A stretch of 64,000 nucleotides of DNA from Syntrophales bacterium (GCA_963662405.2 CAXXKT010000001.1:2722542-2786541); one strand, 5' to 3'. Positions 8,557 through 18,998 are shown, numbered from the stretch's first letter. Made by a program: numbers and translations. Notes: generated by a model from the letters alone, not told the origin.

Positions 8557-10440
8557 CTACGGGGACTTCGTGCCGCCCCGATAGGCTAAAGAAAAAGACA
8601 GATCTCTCGTATCTTTGCTCTTTGTGATTTTTGACGGGATTCCGGACTTATCCGCTTTAAAGCGTATCAATATCCATTTATCTCCTGATTCCGAGGTATT
8701 TATTTCAAGAGAGAAAGGGGCCTGTGCCACCCGTTCATTGTCCCCGATATGTAGTTTTACCATTGTGCCCGGCATATAACTGTTCACTGAAAAACGTTCT
8801 ATTTTCCGACTGTTCCTTAACAAAAGGGCGGACTCCTTTTTTGACCATACGTGTGTTTTCTCGCTTTGGTAAAACCCGGTGTTCAGTAAAACGGGTTTGC
8901 CGTTTACGGTAGTTTCCCTGAAAAGATCAGAGGAGCTCGAAACCTCAATCCATTTGCTCAAATTTGTTATATTTTGTGCCTGTACCGCGAAACGTTTCCC
9001 TTTGAGATCAATGAGATAATCATATCTCGCCTCTCGGGGCGGTGATGGGTACATATGTCTGTTTACCATTTTATCGCCTGTTATATAAGGTTGAAGTTGT
9101 ATTTGGTTTTTTTCGAAGGGCATCACTCCTTGAATGTGTCCACTTTTGACAATATCTATGTGTGCCCGCTCCGGCTCAAGATGGTGCTTGTACACAAATA
9201 TAATGCTCAATCCCAGTGTTAGAAGGGATAAGACAACGACTTTTTTCTTTTTCAGTTTAAGCCCCCCAAGAGGCAGCACTAGAAAGGGGAACACCTGCAA
9301 AAAATAACGGTTGCCAAGAGATTGCCCGCCACCGTAGTAATTCGTATGAAAGAGGGCTACATAGAAAAGAATGTACAAAAAAATACCGATAAGCGGCGCA
9401 GCGAGAAGTTGCAAATCGGGTTTATTCATTATACGGAGGATTGAGAGTGTGATTATGAGGAAAGCAAAGGGAATAAAAACGACCATTCCCGTATAGGCGC
9501 CAAAGAAATAGTAGTAGAAGGATCGGGCCTTTTCTCCTGCCTCCGAGGTGTCGAGTACCCTCTTGATGACTCCCGGCATATCGAAGTGACGACCCGTGTC
9601 AATCGCATGGTAAGAAGACGGTGGCCTATTGCTGTCAAAGGTAAACTGATTTGACATGGTTGAATAAAAGCGGTTCCCCTTATAGGGATTCCAGCTTTTG
9701 TAGTCTGAATAATGGAGATACGGAAGAATGAACAAAAAAAATCCAACCAAGAATAACAGAGCAAAAGTTCCAACCACGCGAATGCCCCGATTCTTTAAAA
9801 AATAAAAAAAAAGAACGGGAAAAATCACCAGTATAGCCGGGGGCTTCTCTGAGACGATAAAGGCCGTCACCAGGCAGAGGGCTGTAAAATACAGTTTGTT
9901 TGGTTGATCAAAAAGTTTTGTCAGAAGAAAAACAAATATGGAACTGAGGAGGGCCAGAAAGAGGTCGGAATGTACGTAAAATACATACATGTATACATAT
10001 GAGAAGAATGTGAACGAAATGGTCAGAAGAACGGATTCCATCTTCTCGTAAAAGACCCGCAACGTCAAAAATATGAAAACGTTGATCAGTCCGAATATCA
10101 ATACGTTTCCGACAGCGAACCCGGCCGTTCCGAAGAGGAAAATAAATACCGCGAGAAAAAGGGAATACCCGTATGGCTTTGCAAAGGCATACCCTTCTTG
10201 ATAGCTTTGAAAAAACAAACCGTCAGGATTTTTGCTCCAGTTCAGTTCTTTCCAGTATTTGCCGTCACGCTCATCGTATTTCAGATCTAAATCGTGTGCG
10301 ATGCTCAGTGCCTGTAATGCATGAGAGGACGCATCACCGACTAACGGATATTCGGTCATGTGAAAATTCAATCCCATTGCCGTCAATATCAGCGATAATG
10401 TGACCAGCAATACGATGTTTATAAACAGGTTTTTGCTCAT
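8557..10440 (-). CDS. Multi-pass membrane protein, probable GT-C-fold glycosyltransferase with C-terminal extracytoplasmic domain
   Basis: Acidic motif (VGD) in the first loop after TM1, many TM helices, GGGQSLGNRYFL motif, soluble tail ending DTRDLSF. Adjacent to the GT2. Confidence 0.6.
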   Translation of the reverse strand: MSKNLFINIVLLVTLSLILTAMGLNFHMTEYPLVGDASSHALQALSIAHDLDLKYDERDGKYWKELNWSKNPDGLFFQSYQEGYAFAKPYGYSLFLAVFIFLFGTAGFAVGNVLIFGLINVFIFLTLRVFYEKMESVLLTISFTFFSYVYMYVFYVHSDLFLALLSSIFVFLLTKLFDQPNKLYFTALCLVTAFIVSEKPPAILVIFPVLFFYFLKNRGIRVVGTFALLFLVGFFLFILPYLHYSDYKSWNPYKGNRFYSTMSNQFTFDSNRPPSSYHAIDTGRHFDMPGVIKRVLDTSEAGEKARSFYYYFFGAYTGMVVFIPFAFLIITLSILRIMNKPDLQLLAAPLIGIFLYILFYVALFHTNYYGGGQSLGNRYFLQVFPFLVLPLGGLKLKKKKVVVLSLLTLGLSIIFVYKHHLEPERAHIDIVKSGHIQGVMPFEKNQIQLQPYITGDKMVNRHMYPSPPREARYDYLIDLKGKRFAVQAQNITNLSKWIEVSSSSDLFRETTVNGKPVLLNTGFYQSEKTHVWSKKESALLLRNSRKIERFSVNSYMPGTMVKLHIGDNERVAQAPFSLEINTSESGDKWILIRFKADKSGIPSKITKSKDTRDLSFSLAYRGGTKSP

Positions 10441-10477
10441 TCGTTTTGTTGGGAAGACAGTGAGTCACAGAATTTTT

Positions 10478-11707
10478 TCATTTGTATAAATATTCACCTG
10501 CTGCTTTAAAAATAGATCCGGCACAGTTTTCCCAGGTCATGGGTTTATATTCATTTTTAATTTTATTCTCCCGCGCTGTGAGATCGTCTGTGTGATCAAC
10601 GTACCATTTGATTCTCTCGGCCCATTTAGACATATCCCTGGGATCGATGTACTCAACGAGTGTGCCCCCGACTTCCGGAATAGACGCCGCACTGGATGAC
10701 AAACAGAATTTCCCGTATGCAAGGCTCTCCGCTACAGGGAGGCCCCAACCCTCATATAACGAGGGGAAGACCGTGAACATCGCATTCAAATAGAGATTGG
10801 CCAGGTCATTATCTGAGATATGGTTAAGGATTCGAATATATGGTTTGGTTTGCTTATCCGATAGCAACGCTGCCATTAACTTTTCAACCCCCCAACCCTG
10901 CATTCCAACGAACACAAGCAGGGGGAGATCTTTGTTCCTCCTGTCAAGCAAGTGCTTATAAGCACGGTATAAAGTTTCGTGATTCTTGCGACTCTCAATG
11001 GTGGACACGAACAGGATGAAACGATGTCTGCATATTTTCTCAACGGCGGGAGACGGGTGTGTACCTGTACCTGTATTTGCTAAAATATTACTCCCGAGTT
11101 GCACGACATCAAGGGCAGGAATCGGTGCTCCAACGGTTTCTAAGAACTCCTTGAGATCTCTACGCGAGCATTCCGAGATGCAGAGAATCTTGTCTGCGCA
11201 CCAGGCTGCGTTAGAAAAATATTCGGGGAATTTTTGGGGAACACCATCAACACAATATTGCGGCATGAGAATCGGAATAATGTCATAACAAAAAAGTATT
11301 ACCTTTAAACGTAGCCGCGTTTTTAACTCATAGAGAAACACCAAGTCCTTTTGATCCCAATCAAGACCCAGGGAAATGTAAACGTCTCCAGTATCAAAAG
11401 GCTGCACAAAACCCCGAGGCAACGTACACGGAAACTTCGATGATTCCCCCGCGTTTGACAGGCCGGAATGGTGAGTCAAGGGTGGACCTGCCTGTCCCCC
11501 TGCATCAAGCCGCATCAGGGCAGTGCCCATCTCTTCATCATTGATTTCGAAGTACCTCTTCGTCCCGCGATCGAAGCGACAAAACCTCACGCACTGATTC
11601 CCGGCACTCAAAAAATATCGTGCTGCTTCAGCTTCCACACGAACGACTCCCAACGCTGGACGCTCCCATCCAAGCGTTGTGGTGGCGTCAAACCAGATAC
11701 TCATCAC
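10478..11707 (-). CDS. GT4 glycosyltransferase
   Basis: YDIIP, VSTIESRKNH, FPSLYEGWGLPVAESL. Confidence 0.9.
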   Translation of the reverse strand: MMSIWFDATTTLGWERPALGVVRVEAEAARYFLSAGNQCVRFCRFDRGTKRYFEINDEEMGTALMRLDAGGQAGPPLTHHSGLSNAGESSKFPCTLPRGFVQPFDTGDVYISLGLDWDQKDLVFLYELKTRLRLKVILFCYDIIPILMPQYCVDGVPQKFPEYFSNAAWCADKILCISECSRRDLKEFLETVGAPIPALDVVQLGSNILANTGTGTHPSPAVEKICRHRFILFVSTIESRKNHETLYRAYKHLLDRRNKDLPLLVFVGMQGWGVEKLMAALLSDKQTKPYIRILNHISDNDLANLYLNAMFTVFPSLYEGWGLPVAESLAYGKFCLSSSAASIPEVGGTLVEYIDPRDMSKWAERIKWYVDHTDDLTARENKIKNEYKPMTWENCAGSIFKAAGEYLYK

Positions 11708-14700
11708 ACATTCCTTCGAGCTGACAGCATTTTTAACACTTCTCGCGGCAGTTCACGCAATGACGTCTCCCATGTAAGTTGTTCGCGCAAATTCCGGTGA
11801 ATATCCACATCATGATCTATCTCTTGTGGGGTTCCAAGAACCTTACGTATTGCAGACTGAAAATCTTTCGGTGTGTCTGCCACGTGCACTCCGGGAAGAG
11901 AACGGTAGGTTTCAAATCCCCGAAGGGCCATACTTGTGCATACTACCGGCTTACCTGAATAAAGTGCCTCGGCTGTTTTGATATTTGATCCTCCACCGGC
12001 GCCAATGGGAAGGATAAAAGCGTGTGCAAGACTTTTTACCGCGGCCAGGTCATCATCTTCAAGAACTCCCAGTACTTGAATTTTAGACAGATTGAGCTCA
12101 CGCCATCGTGATTTTGAAAGTGCTTGTTTAAGGTGCGTACCGACACCTCCGACTACAACCAATTTTGATCCGGGAGGAATAAACCCCAAAGCGTCCCCGG
12201 CAGACCTGATAAACCCTTGATAATTTGGCGGGTGTGCGCTTGCAATGACGATTGGCCAGGGCTGCTTTGGCAGCTTGGTTTGCCAGAAGTCAATTTTCAC
12301 AGAATTTATAGGCCAGGGGCTGATCCCGTTAGGGGCTACCAGTAAATTTGAGGCCCCATAGCCACGCAAGATTTCGGCATCCTCGTGAGTGACTGCTACA
12401 GTTAAATCGGACTCCCGTGCCGCTGCGCCCTCTATCGTGGAGATCTCGGTAATCACGGTGTCCACAACGCTACTCTCAATTGATGTTCCCAGAATTTCGC
12501 GCTTCATTGGTGCCTCAATATTTTGTGAGCTGAACACCACGACGGAGTTTCTACATCTGGGCACTTCGCGCTTGAGACGTTTCGCAAGCGGATGAAACCA
12601 TGGTTGCTCCACTATAATTGCGTCAATGTCAAATTCAATGCTGTTTGCTACCTGTCTGAAGGCATGTTTGTTCGATACGGAAAAGGATGACATGATGAAA
12701 TCGGAGAGTGCCGGAATAAGTTTCCCCTGATAGAGCCGGTGTGGGCTATCCGAAGGAAAAGGAACGTCATTCTTGCCAATCTCGGCTGCTCCATAGGCTT
12801 CTGCCTGATAAAACCCAATTGATCGTACCATGAAACCGGCTTCTTCAAATGCCGTCCTGACAGCTTCTGTTCGCAGCTGCCCGCCGTGACGTGGCTGAAG
12901 GATCGGGTATGGAGATAAAAGGAGTACGCTCGGTTGTTTTGCGCCTGTTTTTAGCAAACCTTTCCAGTTTTTGGGCTTTAAAGATGAGGCGCCATAATTT
13001 CGTGATACACCCTTTCCCCCCAGTATCGCCTCGATAAACTGACCGGAGCTCTCCGACCAAGTCAGAAATTTAATGCCTGATGACAACGGAACTCGGCCCT
13101 TTGCATGCATGGAAAGCCATTCTTTTAGGGCGGACGCAAGCATCCCCGGTGCTGTGCCTGAAAAATAAAAGGCGCTTTCACCCGCTATTTCTCTGAATAC
13201 AGGAAGATCTCTTGCGATAATTGGCAACTTGTATCGCGCCGCCTCGATGAGTGGCAATCCGAATCCCTCACCCTCTGAAGATGCAAGCAAACATGCTGAG
13301 GCTTCATAGATTCTCTGAAGATACTCATCACTTATCCCCTCAAGCCACAGCAAACGATTCCCAAGCTCCGCGTGATTTCTTATAGCCTCGATCAACGGGT
13401 CGACTTGCCAACCACTTTTGCCGACAATAACTAGTCCAACATCTATGTCTTGACGCCATAATAGCTCAAAAGCAGATAGGGCTTGTTTGTAACCCTTTCT
13501 GGGCTCGATAGTCCCGACCATCAGAAAGGTCGGTCTTGATTTTATCAACGACAAGACTTCCCCGGCGTTGTCAGGAAGTCCACCGGTGGGAGCCGAATTT
13601 TCAATGTCGGCACCGAGATGAAACCAACGCAGGGCAAAGGGACGTAAAGAAGATTTTTGTCTGGCATCCATCCAACTGCGCAACTCATTGGCAACCGCCC
13701 TCGAAATACAAATTGCACCGTCGCTATCGGATACAACGTCAAGCCATCTGGCATGGCCTTCACTTTGAGCCAATGGAAATGCCTCTGGAATGGTAATGGG
13801 CAAAAGGTCATACACTACGAAGAAAACCTTGACACCTTGCTGGCGAAGAAATTGATAATAATCGCGGCATTCAGGGACGATCTGTGGTTGAAGATCAAGG
13901 CCTACGAAGATGTCTCCGCATTGCGGCTCAATCAGTGGATCCCCCTTGTTTTCAATACCTTCACCCAGAAACATATGTGTAAACCTGTTCGCCCGTCTAT
14001 AATTCCGGCTGCCTGGGATCGAATAAACGGCTTCCACATCATATCCCGACGGTGGACCCGATAAAAGTTCGCGCAGGATAGCGCGTGTGACACGCTGGAT
14101 TCCCGAGCCGGAATCGCGTTGCACTAACTCGGAGATATCTACATATATGCTCTTTTGCCGTCCCGGCGCGGGGTGATTTATAGCAATCGAAGAAGATATC
14201 CTTGCACAATCGGCTTCAGTGAGTTTATTGGGGTTGGTTGTATTTGCGATGGCGTAAAGCAATCGCTGAACAACTTCCCCTTTTCCAAACTTGGGGGAAA
14301 ATCTCTTTTGCCCTTCATCGTACAGTTGTTCTAAGGCAGCAATCGCACGTTTTGCCGACTCATCCCACGAAAATTTCTTTGACTGTTTTTTGCCGTACCC
14401 TGACAATTCAGTCCTGAAAGGTTCATTTTCAAGGGTATATATTAATTTGTTTTTAATCGCACCCACATCAAGCGGATCAAACAGGGAATCATTACGCCCA
14501 ATCACTTCGGGCACACTAGTGGTGTTCGATCCGATGACCGCTGCACCACAAGCCATGGCTTCAAGGGCCGGCAGGCCGAATCCCTCCTGAAGAGATGGAA
14601 AGACAAATACCCTGCAGAGGTTGTAAAGCTTAGCAAGCACTTCGTCCTCAACATATCCCGTAAAAACAAGCTCGTCTTTGCGCAATCCTCTCGATGTTGC

Positions 14701-15537
14701 CTCATTTTTTAAAAGGTCTGTATTGTATTGAGGCATTTTTCCCGCGAAAACGAGTTGATGATTTTGGCGGAGTGTTACGGGAAGCCGGGCGTAAGCTTGA
14801 ATCAGACGGTGCAGGTTTTTACGACCGTCTGCCCCACCGGAATAGAGGACGAAGGGTTGGGAAATGTGATAGTCGTTTAATAGCGCTTGCTTGCTTTCTT
14901 CCGTGATTACAAGTGGCCTGAACACGGAGGTGTCACAGGCGGTAGAGATATTAATGACACGGTCTGATTCAAACCCGAGTGTCTCACATCCCTCCTGAGC
15001 TGCTGACGCCGAAATCGCCAACCACAAATCAGCTTTTTTAAAACTTTCTATCTTACGGAGATAATTGTCCTGATATGTCGGGTTGCCGGTAAGGTATGTT
15101 TCGGGATTGAGCAGGGGGATCAGATCGTAAAGAATTACCGCCGTGTTGAGCAGCGGAGCAAATTTGCCGATGCCGGTTACCGCATCATCTATATACCCTT
15201 CGAATAGGCTGGTGACCAGTACCACGTCCGGTTGCAGGCTGGCAAGAAATGCCTCGCGAATAAGTTCCGCCGTCTCGCGCCGAGACTCATTGCCCGACGT
15301 ATAATCCCGTACAGGGCCGGGTGCGTGCCAGACGCGGATGTTTTCCTGTGGGAGAAGATTGTCAAAAGCGGCACGGATGGGTTCAATGGTGTTGGGAAAA
15401 AGCCCGTTGAGCGCAAGTATGATTTCTCGCTCGTCCCTGTTGCGCACAATGGCTTGAGCCAGAGACAGGGCATAGCGGCCGATACCCCGAAAACGGCTTT
15501 CGGTTTGAGCACCTTGGAGATCAATAACAATCCGCAT
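11704..15537 (-). CDS. wbdA: Three-domain GT4 polymerising glycosyltransferase, WbdA-like
   Basis: N-terminus MRIVIDLQGAQTESRFRGIGRY matches WbdA-type proteins. Two EGFGLP motifs, plus a third divergent GT4 domain (GGGSNIKTAEAL). Confidence 0.8.
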   Translation of the reverse strand: MRIVIDLQGAQTESRFRGIGRYALSLAQAIVRNRDEREIILALNGLFPNTIEPIRAAFDNLLPQENIRVWHAPGPVRDYTSGNESRRETAELIREAFLASLQPDVVLVTSLFEGYIDDAVTGIGKFAPLLNTAVILYDLIPLLNPETYLTGNPTYQDNYLRKIESFKKADLWLAISASAAQEGCETLGFESDRVINISTACDTSVFRPLVITEESKQALLNDYHISQPFVLYSGGADGRKNLHRLIQAYARLPVTLRQNHQLVFAGKMPQYNTDLLKNEATSRGLRKDELVFTGYVEDEVLAKLYNLCRVFVFPSLQEGFGLPALEAMACGAAVIGSNTTSVPEVIGRNDSLFDPLDVGAIKNKLIYTLENEPFRTELSGYGKKQSKKFSWDESAKRAIAALEQLYDEGQKRFSPKFGKGEVVQRLLYAIANTTNPNKLTEADCARISSSIAINHPAPGRQKSIYVDISELVQRDSGSGIQRVTRAILRELLSGPPSGYDVEAVYSIPGSRNYRRANRFTHMFLGEGIENKGDPLIEPQCGDIFVGLDLQPQIVPECRDYYQFLRQQGVKVFFVVYDLLPITIPEAFPLAQSEGHARWLDVVSDSDGAICISRAVANELRSWMDARQKSSLRPFALRWFHLGADIENSAPTGGLPDNAGEVLSLIKSRPTFLMVGTIEPRKGYKQALSAFELLWRQDIDVGLVIVGKSGWQVDPLIEAIRNHAELGNRLLWLEGISDEYLQRIYEASACLLASSEGEGFGLPLIEAARYKLPIIARDLPVFREIAGESAFYFSGTAPGMLASALKEWLSMHAKGRVPLSSGIKFLTWSESSGQFIEAILGGKGVSRNYGASSLKPKNWKGLLKTGAKQPSVLLLSPYPILQPRHGGQLRTEAVRTAFEEAGFMVRSIGFYQAEAYGAAEIGKNDVPFPSDSPHRLYQGKLIPALSDFIMSSFSVSNKHAFRQVANSIEFDIDAIIVEQPWFHPLAKRLKREVPRCRNSVVVFSSQNIEAPMKREILGTSIESSVVDTVITEISTIEGAAARESDLTVAVTHEDAEILRGYGASNLLVAPNGISPWPINSVKIDFWQTKLPKQPWPIVIASAHPPNYQGFIRSAGDALGFIPPGSKLVVVGGVGTHLKQALSKSRWRELNLSKIQVLGVLEDDDLAAVKSLAHAFILPIGAGGGSNIKTAEALYSGKPVVCTSMALRGFETYRSLPGVHVADTPKDFQSAIRKVLGTPQEIDHDVDIHRNLREQLTWETSLRELPREVLKMLSARRNV

Positions 15538-16913
15538 CAGGTATTTTCCTTACGGCCTTGCTCCAGGGCTTTTTTGAAATCGTGGTATATCGTTTTAGCT
15601 CTTGGCGATAGAAGATCGAAGTCGGTACCCTCGTTATCCTGCGTGTGTGCGTTTCGGTCTGTCCCTTCAAATGACAGGAGGGGTTGGTCGATCAGACCCT
15701 TTTCCTGTCCCAGTTTCATAAGACGGGCTTTTAGGCGTGGATATTTATTGACCTGCCCAAGAAGCCTCAATCGCAAGGGGTCTCTTTGTATCGCAAAAGC
15801 CATGGCTTTGACTACCATCCAGGAGGCAAATCGGGCAGGTAAACGCATCACCCACCGTACAAGCGATACAGGAAGTCTGCATATCATTTTAGCGACATCC
15901 AGGAGTTTTCTGAGTGGCCAGGTAATTCGCCATGACCAACTTGCATATACAGCCTGGAGGGAAATGTCGGCTTGTGCGGCACGGTGCTCTGCCTGGACGG
16001 CCCGAGACTCGGCTTGTGTGGCATGGTGCTCTGCCTGGACGGCCCGAGACTCGGCTTGTGTGGCATGGTGCTCTGCCTGGACGGCCCGAGATTCGGCTTG
16101 TGTGGCGCGTGACGTTGCTTCGCGGGCGAGAGTTTGCGCTTCAGTTGTTTTTATGTTGATATTGTGCAGGATGGATTGATCATATTGGTTTGAAAGTACT
16201 TCAAGTTCCATCCCATGCTCTTTCTCGAATGCATGATCAAACTTGGCAAGTGCCTCGGGAGAAGCTGTCTTTTGCGCTATAACAGCGTAATCCGGACTCA
16301 CGCCGGTGATGACATTGTGCAACCTTTGATGATCGCTGTTTATAACATTGTCCGGTTCGTGCAGCCGTAATACTTTGGCTCTTTCAAAGCCATGGTACTC
16401 AGGAAGGAAGGATAATAATTCTGGTGGTATAGGCCTATTGTGGGTTGGATCCAGATAAAAATACTTGGTTGCAACCATGATATTTTCGGGATTGGGCGTT
16501 TCCATGATAAGAAGGCCCCCTGGTTTCAAAATCCTCAATGCCTCGGCAACAACAACATTAAGATCGTCAAAAGACAGATGCTCCGCCACATGAAAGGCGC
16601 TGATGATCGTATGGCTATCATTCTCAAGTGTCTTGATAAACGCAACTGCGTCTCCTTTTGCAGCGGGGAGTTTTTTCTCGTGGCAATCCGCCAGCATTCC
16701 CTCATCAATATCAATGCCATAGGCGTCAAATCCCGATTCGGTCATTAATTCAAGCCATTCCCCACGACCGCAGCCAATGTCGAATATCTTGAGTTTAGCG
16801 TCCGTCTGTTTGAAGGGTTCCGAAAAGGGCAGATATACGCGCAGACGATCTTTTATTACTTCTCGCGAGCCACGAAACCGATCTTCAAATGCTTTATAAA
16901 AACCAGTTTTCAT
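15537..16913 (-). CDS. wbdD: Chain-terminating methyltransferase with coiled-coil, WbdD(O8)-like
   Basis: FYKAFEDRFRGS, DIGCGRGEWL, FHVAEHL, ETPNPEN, FYLDPTH. Coiled-coil repeats followed by SWSWRITWPLR. Lies between wzt and wbdA. Confidence 0.8.
   Translation of the reverse strand: MKTGFYKAFEDRFRGSREVIKDRLRVYLPFSEPFKQTDAKLKIFDIGCGRGEWLELMTESGFDAYGIDIDEGMLADCHEKKLPAAKGDAVAFIKTLENDSHTIISAFHVAEHLSFDDLNVVVAEALRILKPGGLLIMETPNPENIMVATKYFYLDPTHNRPIPPELLSFLPEYHGFERAKVLRLHEPDNVINSDHQRLHNVITGVSPDYAVIAQKTASPEALAKFDHAFEKEHGMELEVLSNQYDQSILHNINIKTTEAQTLAREATSRATQAESRAVQAEHHATQAESRAVQAEHHATQAESRAVQAEHRAAQADISLQAVYASWSWRITWPLRKLLDVAKMICRLPVSLVRWVMRLPARFASWMVVKAMAFAIQRDPLRLRLLGQVNKYPRLKARLMKLGQEKGLIDQPLLSFEGTDRNAHTQDNEGTDFDLLSPRAKTIYHDFKKALEQGRKENT
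15967..16106 (-). repeat. 42-bp near-perfect coding tandem repeat (about 3.3 copies; 14 aa AESRAVQAEHHATQ)
   Basis: tcggcttgtg… units start at 15967, 16009, 16051 and 16093. Confidence 0.92.
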
Positions 16914-18130
16914 ATTGTTTTAATCTCTATCTCCGGTTCAAGCCAGTGGTTGCCTTCGAAGTGAGTCTTGTCGACGTTTATTACGTTAAACACCAGCGCG
17001 AGGTTGAGCCACTCGTAATTCGCGGTCAAATGGGTGTCGCGGTCGTGCAAGGCGACCTGGACCGAGTAGCTGCCAACCCCGAGATCGGCAGAAAAAGAAA
17101 CAGTAAACAGATACCGGTTTCCCGCCTGCGGATCATGAATCACCTGTTTGGTGTGCCAGGTATTGGTGCCATACATGACCTGGCCGAGACGGTCTTTAAT
17201 GCCGTAACCAAACACAAGGGTTCCCAATGCCTTTAACACCCTTACTTTAACCCGAAGCTCAACGGGTTCTCCCACCGTGATGAATTCTACTGTTTCACCC
17301 TTCGCATTGTAAAGAGCGATTTCTTCCACCATCGCCTCTCCAGTGCCGGAGTGCGTTTGAACTCGTCCGGTTTCAAGCTGTTTTACTTCAACCGTACTAT
17401 TTTCTTTCTCGGCGATAAGTGCATTGTAAAAGTCCATTACTGCTTCGGGGGCGCCGTCTTTAATCACAATACCGTTTTCAAGAAGGATCGCCCGGTTGCA
17501 GAGGTTTTGGATAGCGCCCCGATCGTGGGAGACGAACAGGAGGGTCGTGCCCTCTTCTTTGAATTCACGGATTCGAGAAAAGCTTTTATGCTGAAAGTAT
17601 GCGTCACCGACAGACAGTGCTTCATCCACGATTAGAATTTCAGGTCGAACGCAGGTAGCCACAGCGAAGGCGACTCGGATTTGCATCCCCGTGGAATAGG
17701 TGCGAATAGGTTGATCGAAATAGTCGCCCACCTCGGCAAATGCCTCGATTTCATCTATCTTGCCGTTTATTTCGGACAGATTCAACCCGGCCAGTTGGGC
17801 ACCCATATACGCGTTCTGCCGGCCGGTAAATTCCGGGTGGAATCCCATGCCCAGCTCCAGCAGGGCGGAGATGCGACCGTCGATTTCCACGGTCCCGGTC
17901 GTGGGCTTGGTGGTGCCCGTGATGATTTTGAGGAGAGTGCTTTTCCCGGCGCCGTTTACTCCCACGATACCGACGGATTCTCCCTGCTTTACGTCAAAGG
18001 TGATATTTTGTAGTACCCACCGCGGCTCATGGTGGATACCGAAGGATAACCATTCAGCGAGACGGCCGTATTTACGGGAATATCGCTTGTAGGCCTTGCC
18101 GATACTGTGAACGCGAAGATGATAATTCAT
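16910..18130 (-). CDS. wzt: ABC transporter ATP-binding protein Wzt with C-terminal carbohydrate-binding module
   Basis: GVNGAGKST, YSTGM signature, IVDEALSVGD, VSH. C-terminal Wzt_C domain. Confidence 0.95.
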   Translation of the reverse strand: MNYHLRVHSIGKAYKRYSRKYGRLAEWLSFGIHHEPRWVLQNITFDVKQGESVGIVGVNGAGKSTLLKIITGTTKPTTGTVEIDGRISALLELGMGFHPEFTGRQNAYMGAQLAGLNLSEINGKIDEIEAFAEVGDYFDQPIRTYSTGMQIRVAFAVATCVRPEILIVDEALSVGDAYFQHKSFSRIREFKEEGTTLLFVSHDRGAIQNLCNRAILLENGIVIKDGAPEAVMDFYNALIAEKENSTVEVKQLETGRVQTHSGTGEAMVEEIALYNAKGETVEFITVGEPVELRVKVRVLKALGTLVFGYGIKDRLGQVMYGTNTWHTKQVIHDPQAGNRYLFTVSFSADLGVGSYSVQVALHDRDTHLTANYEWLNLALVFNVINVDKTHFEGNHWLEPEIEIKTI

Positions 18131-18136
18131 AAGAAC

Positions 18137-18937
18137 CTATAATTCATCGACTATTTCACCTTGAAGCTTGTAAAAGGCAAAGATTCCCAGAAAGATAAAG
18201 ATAAGCGATAGCAGTAGCGGGTAGATGAGATTTGCCCAGTCAGGGAACCGATGCTCGAGAAAAATTCCCTGGTAGGCATGAATCAGGGGCCAGAGTGGAT
18301 TCAGGTCGAGGATTCTCTGGGCGGTTTCCGGCAGGGTAGGGGCCACATAGACTATGGGGGTCAGCCAGAACCAGAACTGCAGAACGACCTGGACCAGCTG
18401 CTGGACATCCCGGTAAAAGACGTTAATGGTGGCGAGGAACATTCCCAGCCCGATGGTAAACAGCAATTGAATCATAAGCACCGGCAGGGCTGACAGGACA
18501 ACCCAACCCGGGAAAGACGATGTAATAATGAGAAACAGCACAAAAAGAGACAGGATAATGGCAAAATTCAATAAACTGGATATGAGAACAATAATGGGAA
18601 GACACAGCTTCGGGAGATTGATCTTTTTGAGCAGATTCGCGCTTTCCACGAAGATATTCACACTGCGGCCCAGCATTTCGGCAAACAGTCCATACGTCAG
18701 TACGCCGGAGCAGAGATAGATGGAGTAGGCGAATTTCGAATCGTGGGCGGGCATGCCGGGACGCATGATATTGGCAAAGATGACGGTGAATATAACAATC
18801 GTTGCCAGGGGCTGGGCCACCAGCCAGAAAGGTCCAAATTGAGTGCCGGTCCAGCGGGATTGGAACTCGCGTTTGACCGAACTCCACATCATGCCTCTGA
18901 AGGACCATACATCTCTGAGCATTTGAATGCTAATCAT
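18137..18937 (-). CDS. wzm: ABC transporter permease Wzm
   Basis: KREFQSRW…GPFWLVAQPL, FYRDVQQ, FWLTPIVY, LNPL. Confidence 0.95.
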   Translation of the reverse strand: MISIQMLRDVWSFRGMMWSSVKREFQSRWTGTQFGPFWLVAQPLATIVIFTVIFANIMRPGMPAHDSKFAYSIYLCSGVLTYGLFAEMLGRSVNIFVESANLLKKINLPKLCLPIIVLISSLLNFAIILSLFVLFLIITSSFPGWVVLSALPVLMIQLLFTIGLGMFLATINVFYRDVQQLVQVVLQFWFWLTPIVYVAPTLPETAQRILDLNPLWPLIHAYQGIFLEHRFPDWANLIYPLLLSLIFIFLGIFAFYKLQGEIVDEL

Positions 18938-18998
18938 ACCAAGGAGACCCCAGCCCGAAAAAACATTTGTAGAAAATAACTACCATGCGGTTTGTTAC

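Noticed and set aside
15967..16106. 42-bp (and 57-bp at 4677-4949) repeats as a CRISPR array
   Set aside because: Head-to-tail, no unique spacers, in frame within CDSs, and no cas genes in the window.
15232..16179. 315-aa plus-strand ORF with Cys/Trp-rich repeats (ARDSACVAWCSAWT)
   Set aside because: It looks like a RiPP precursor but is the reverse complement of the WbdD coiled-coil repeats.
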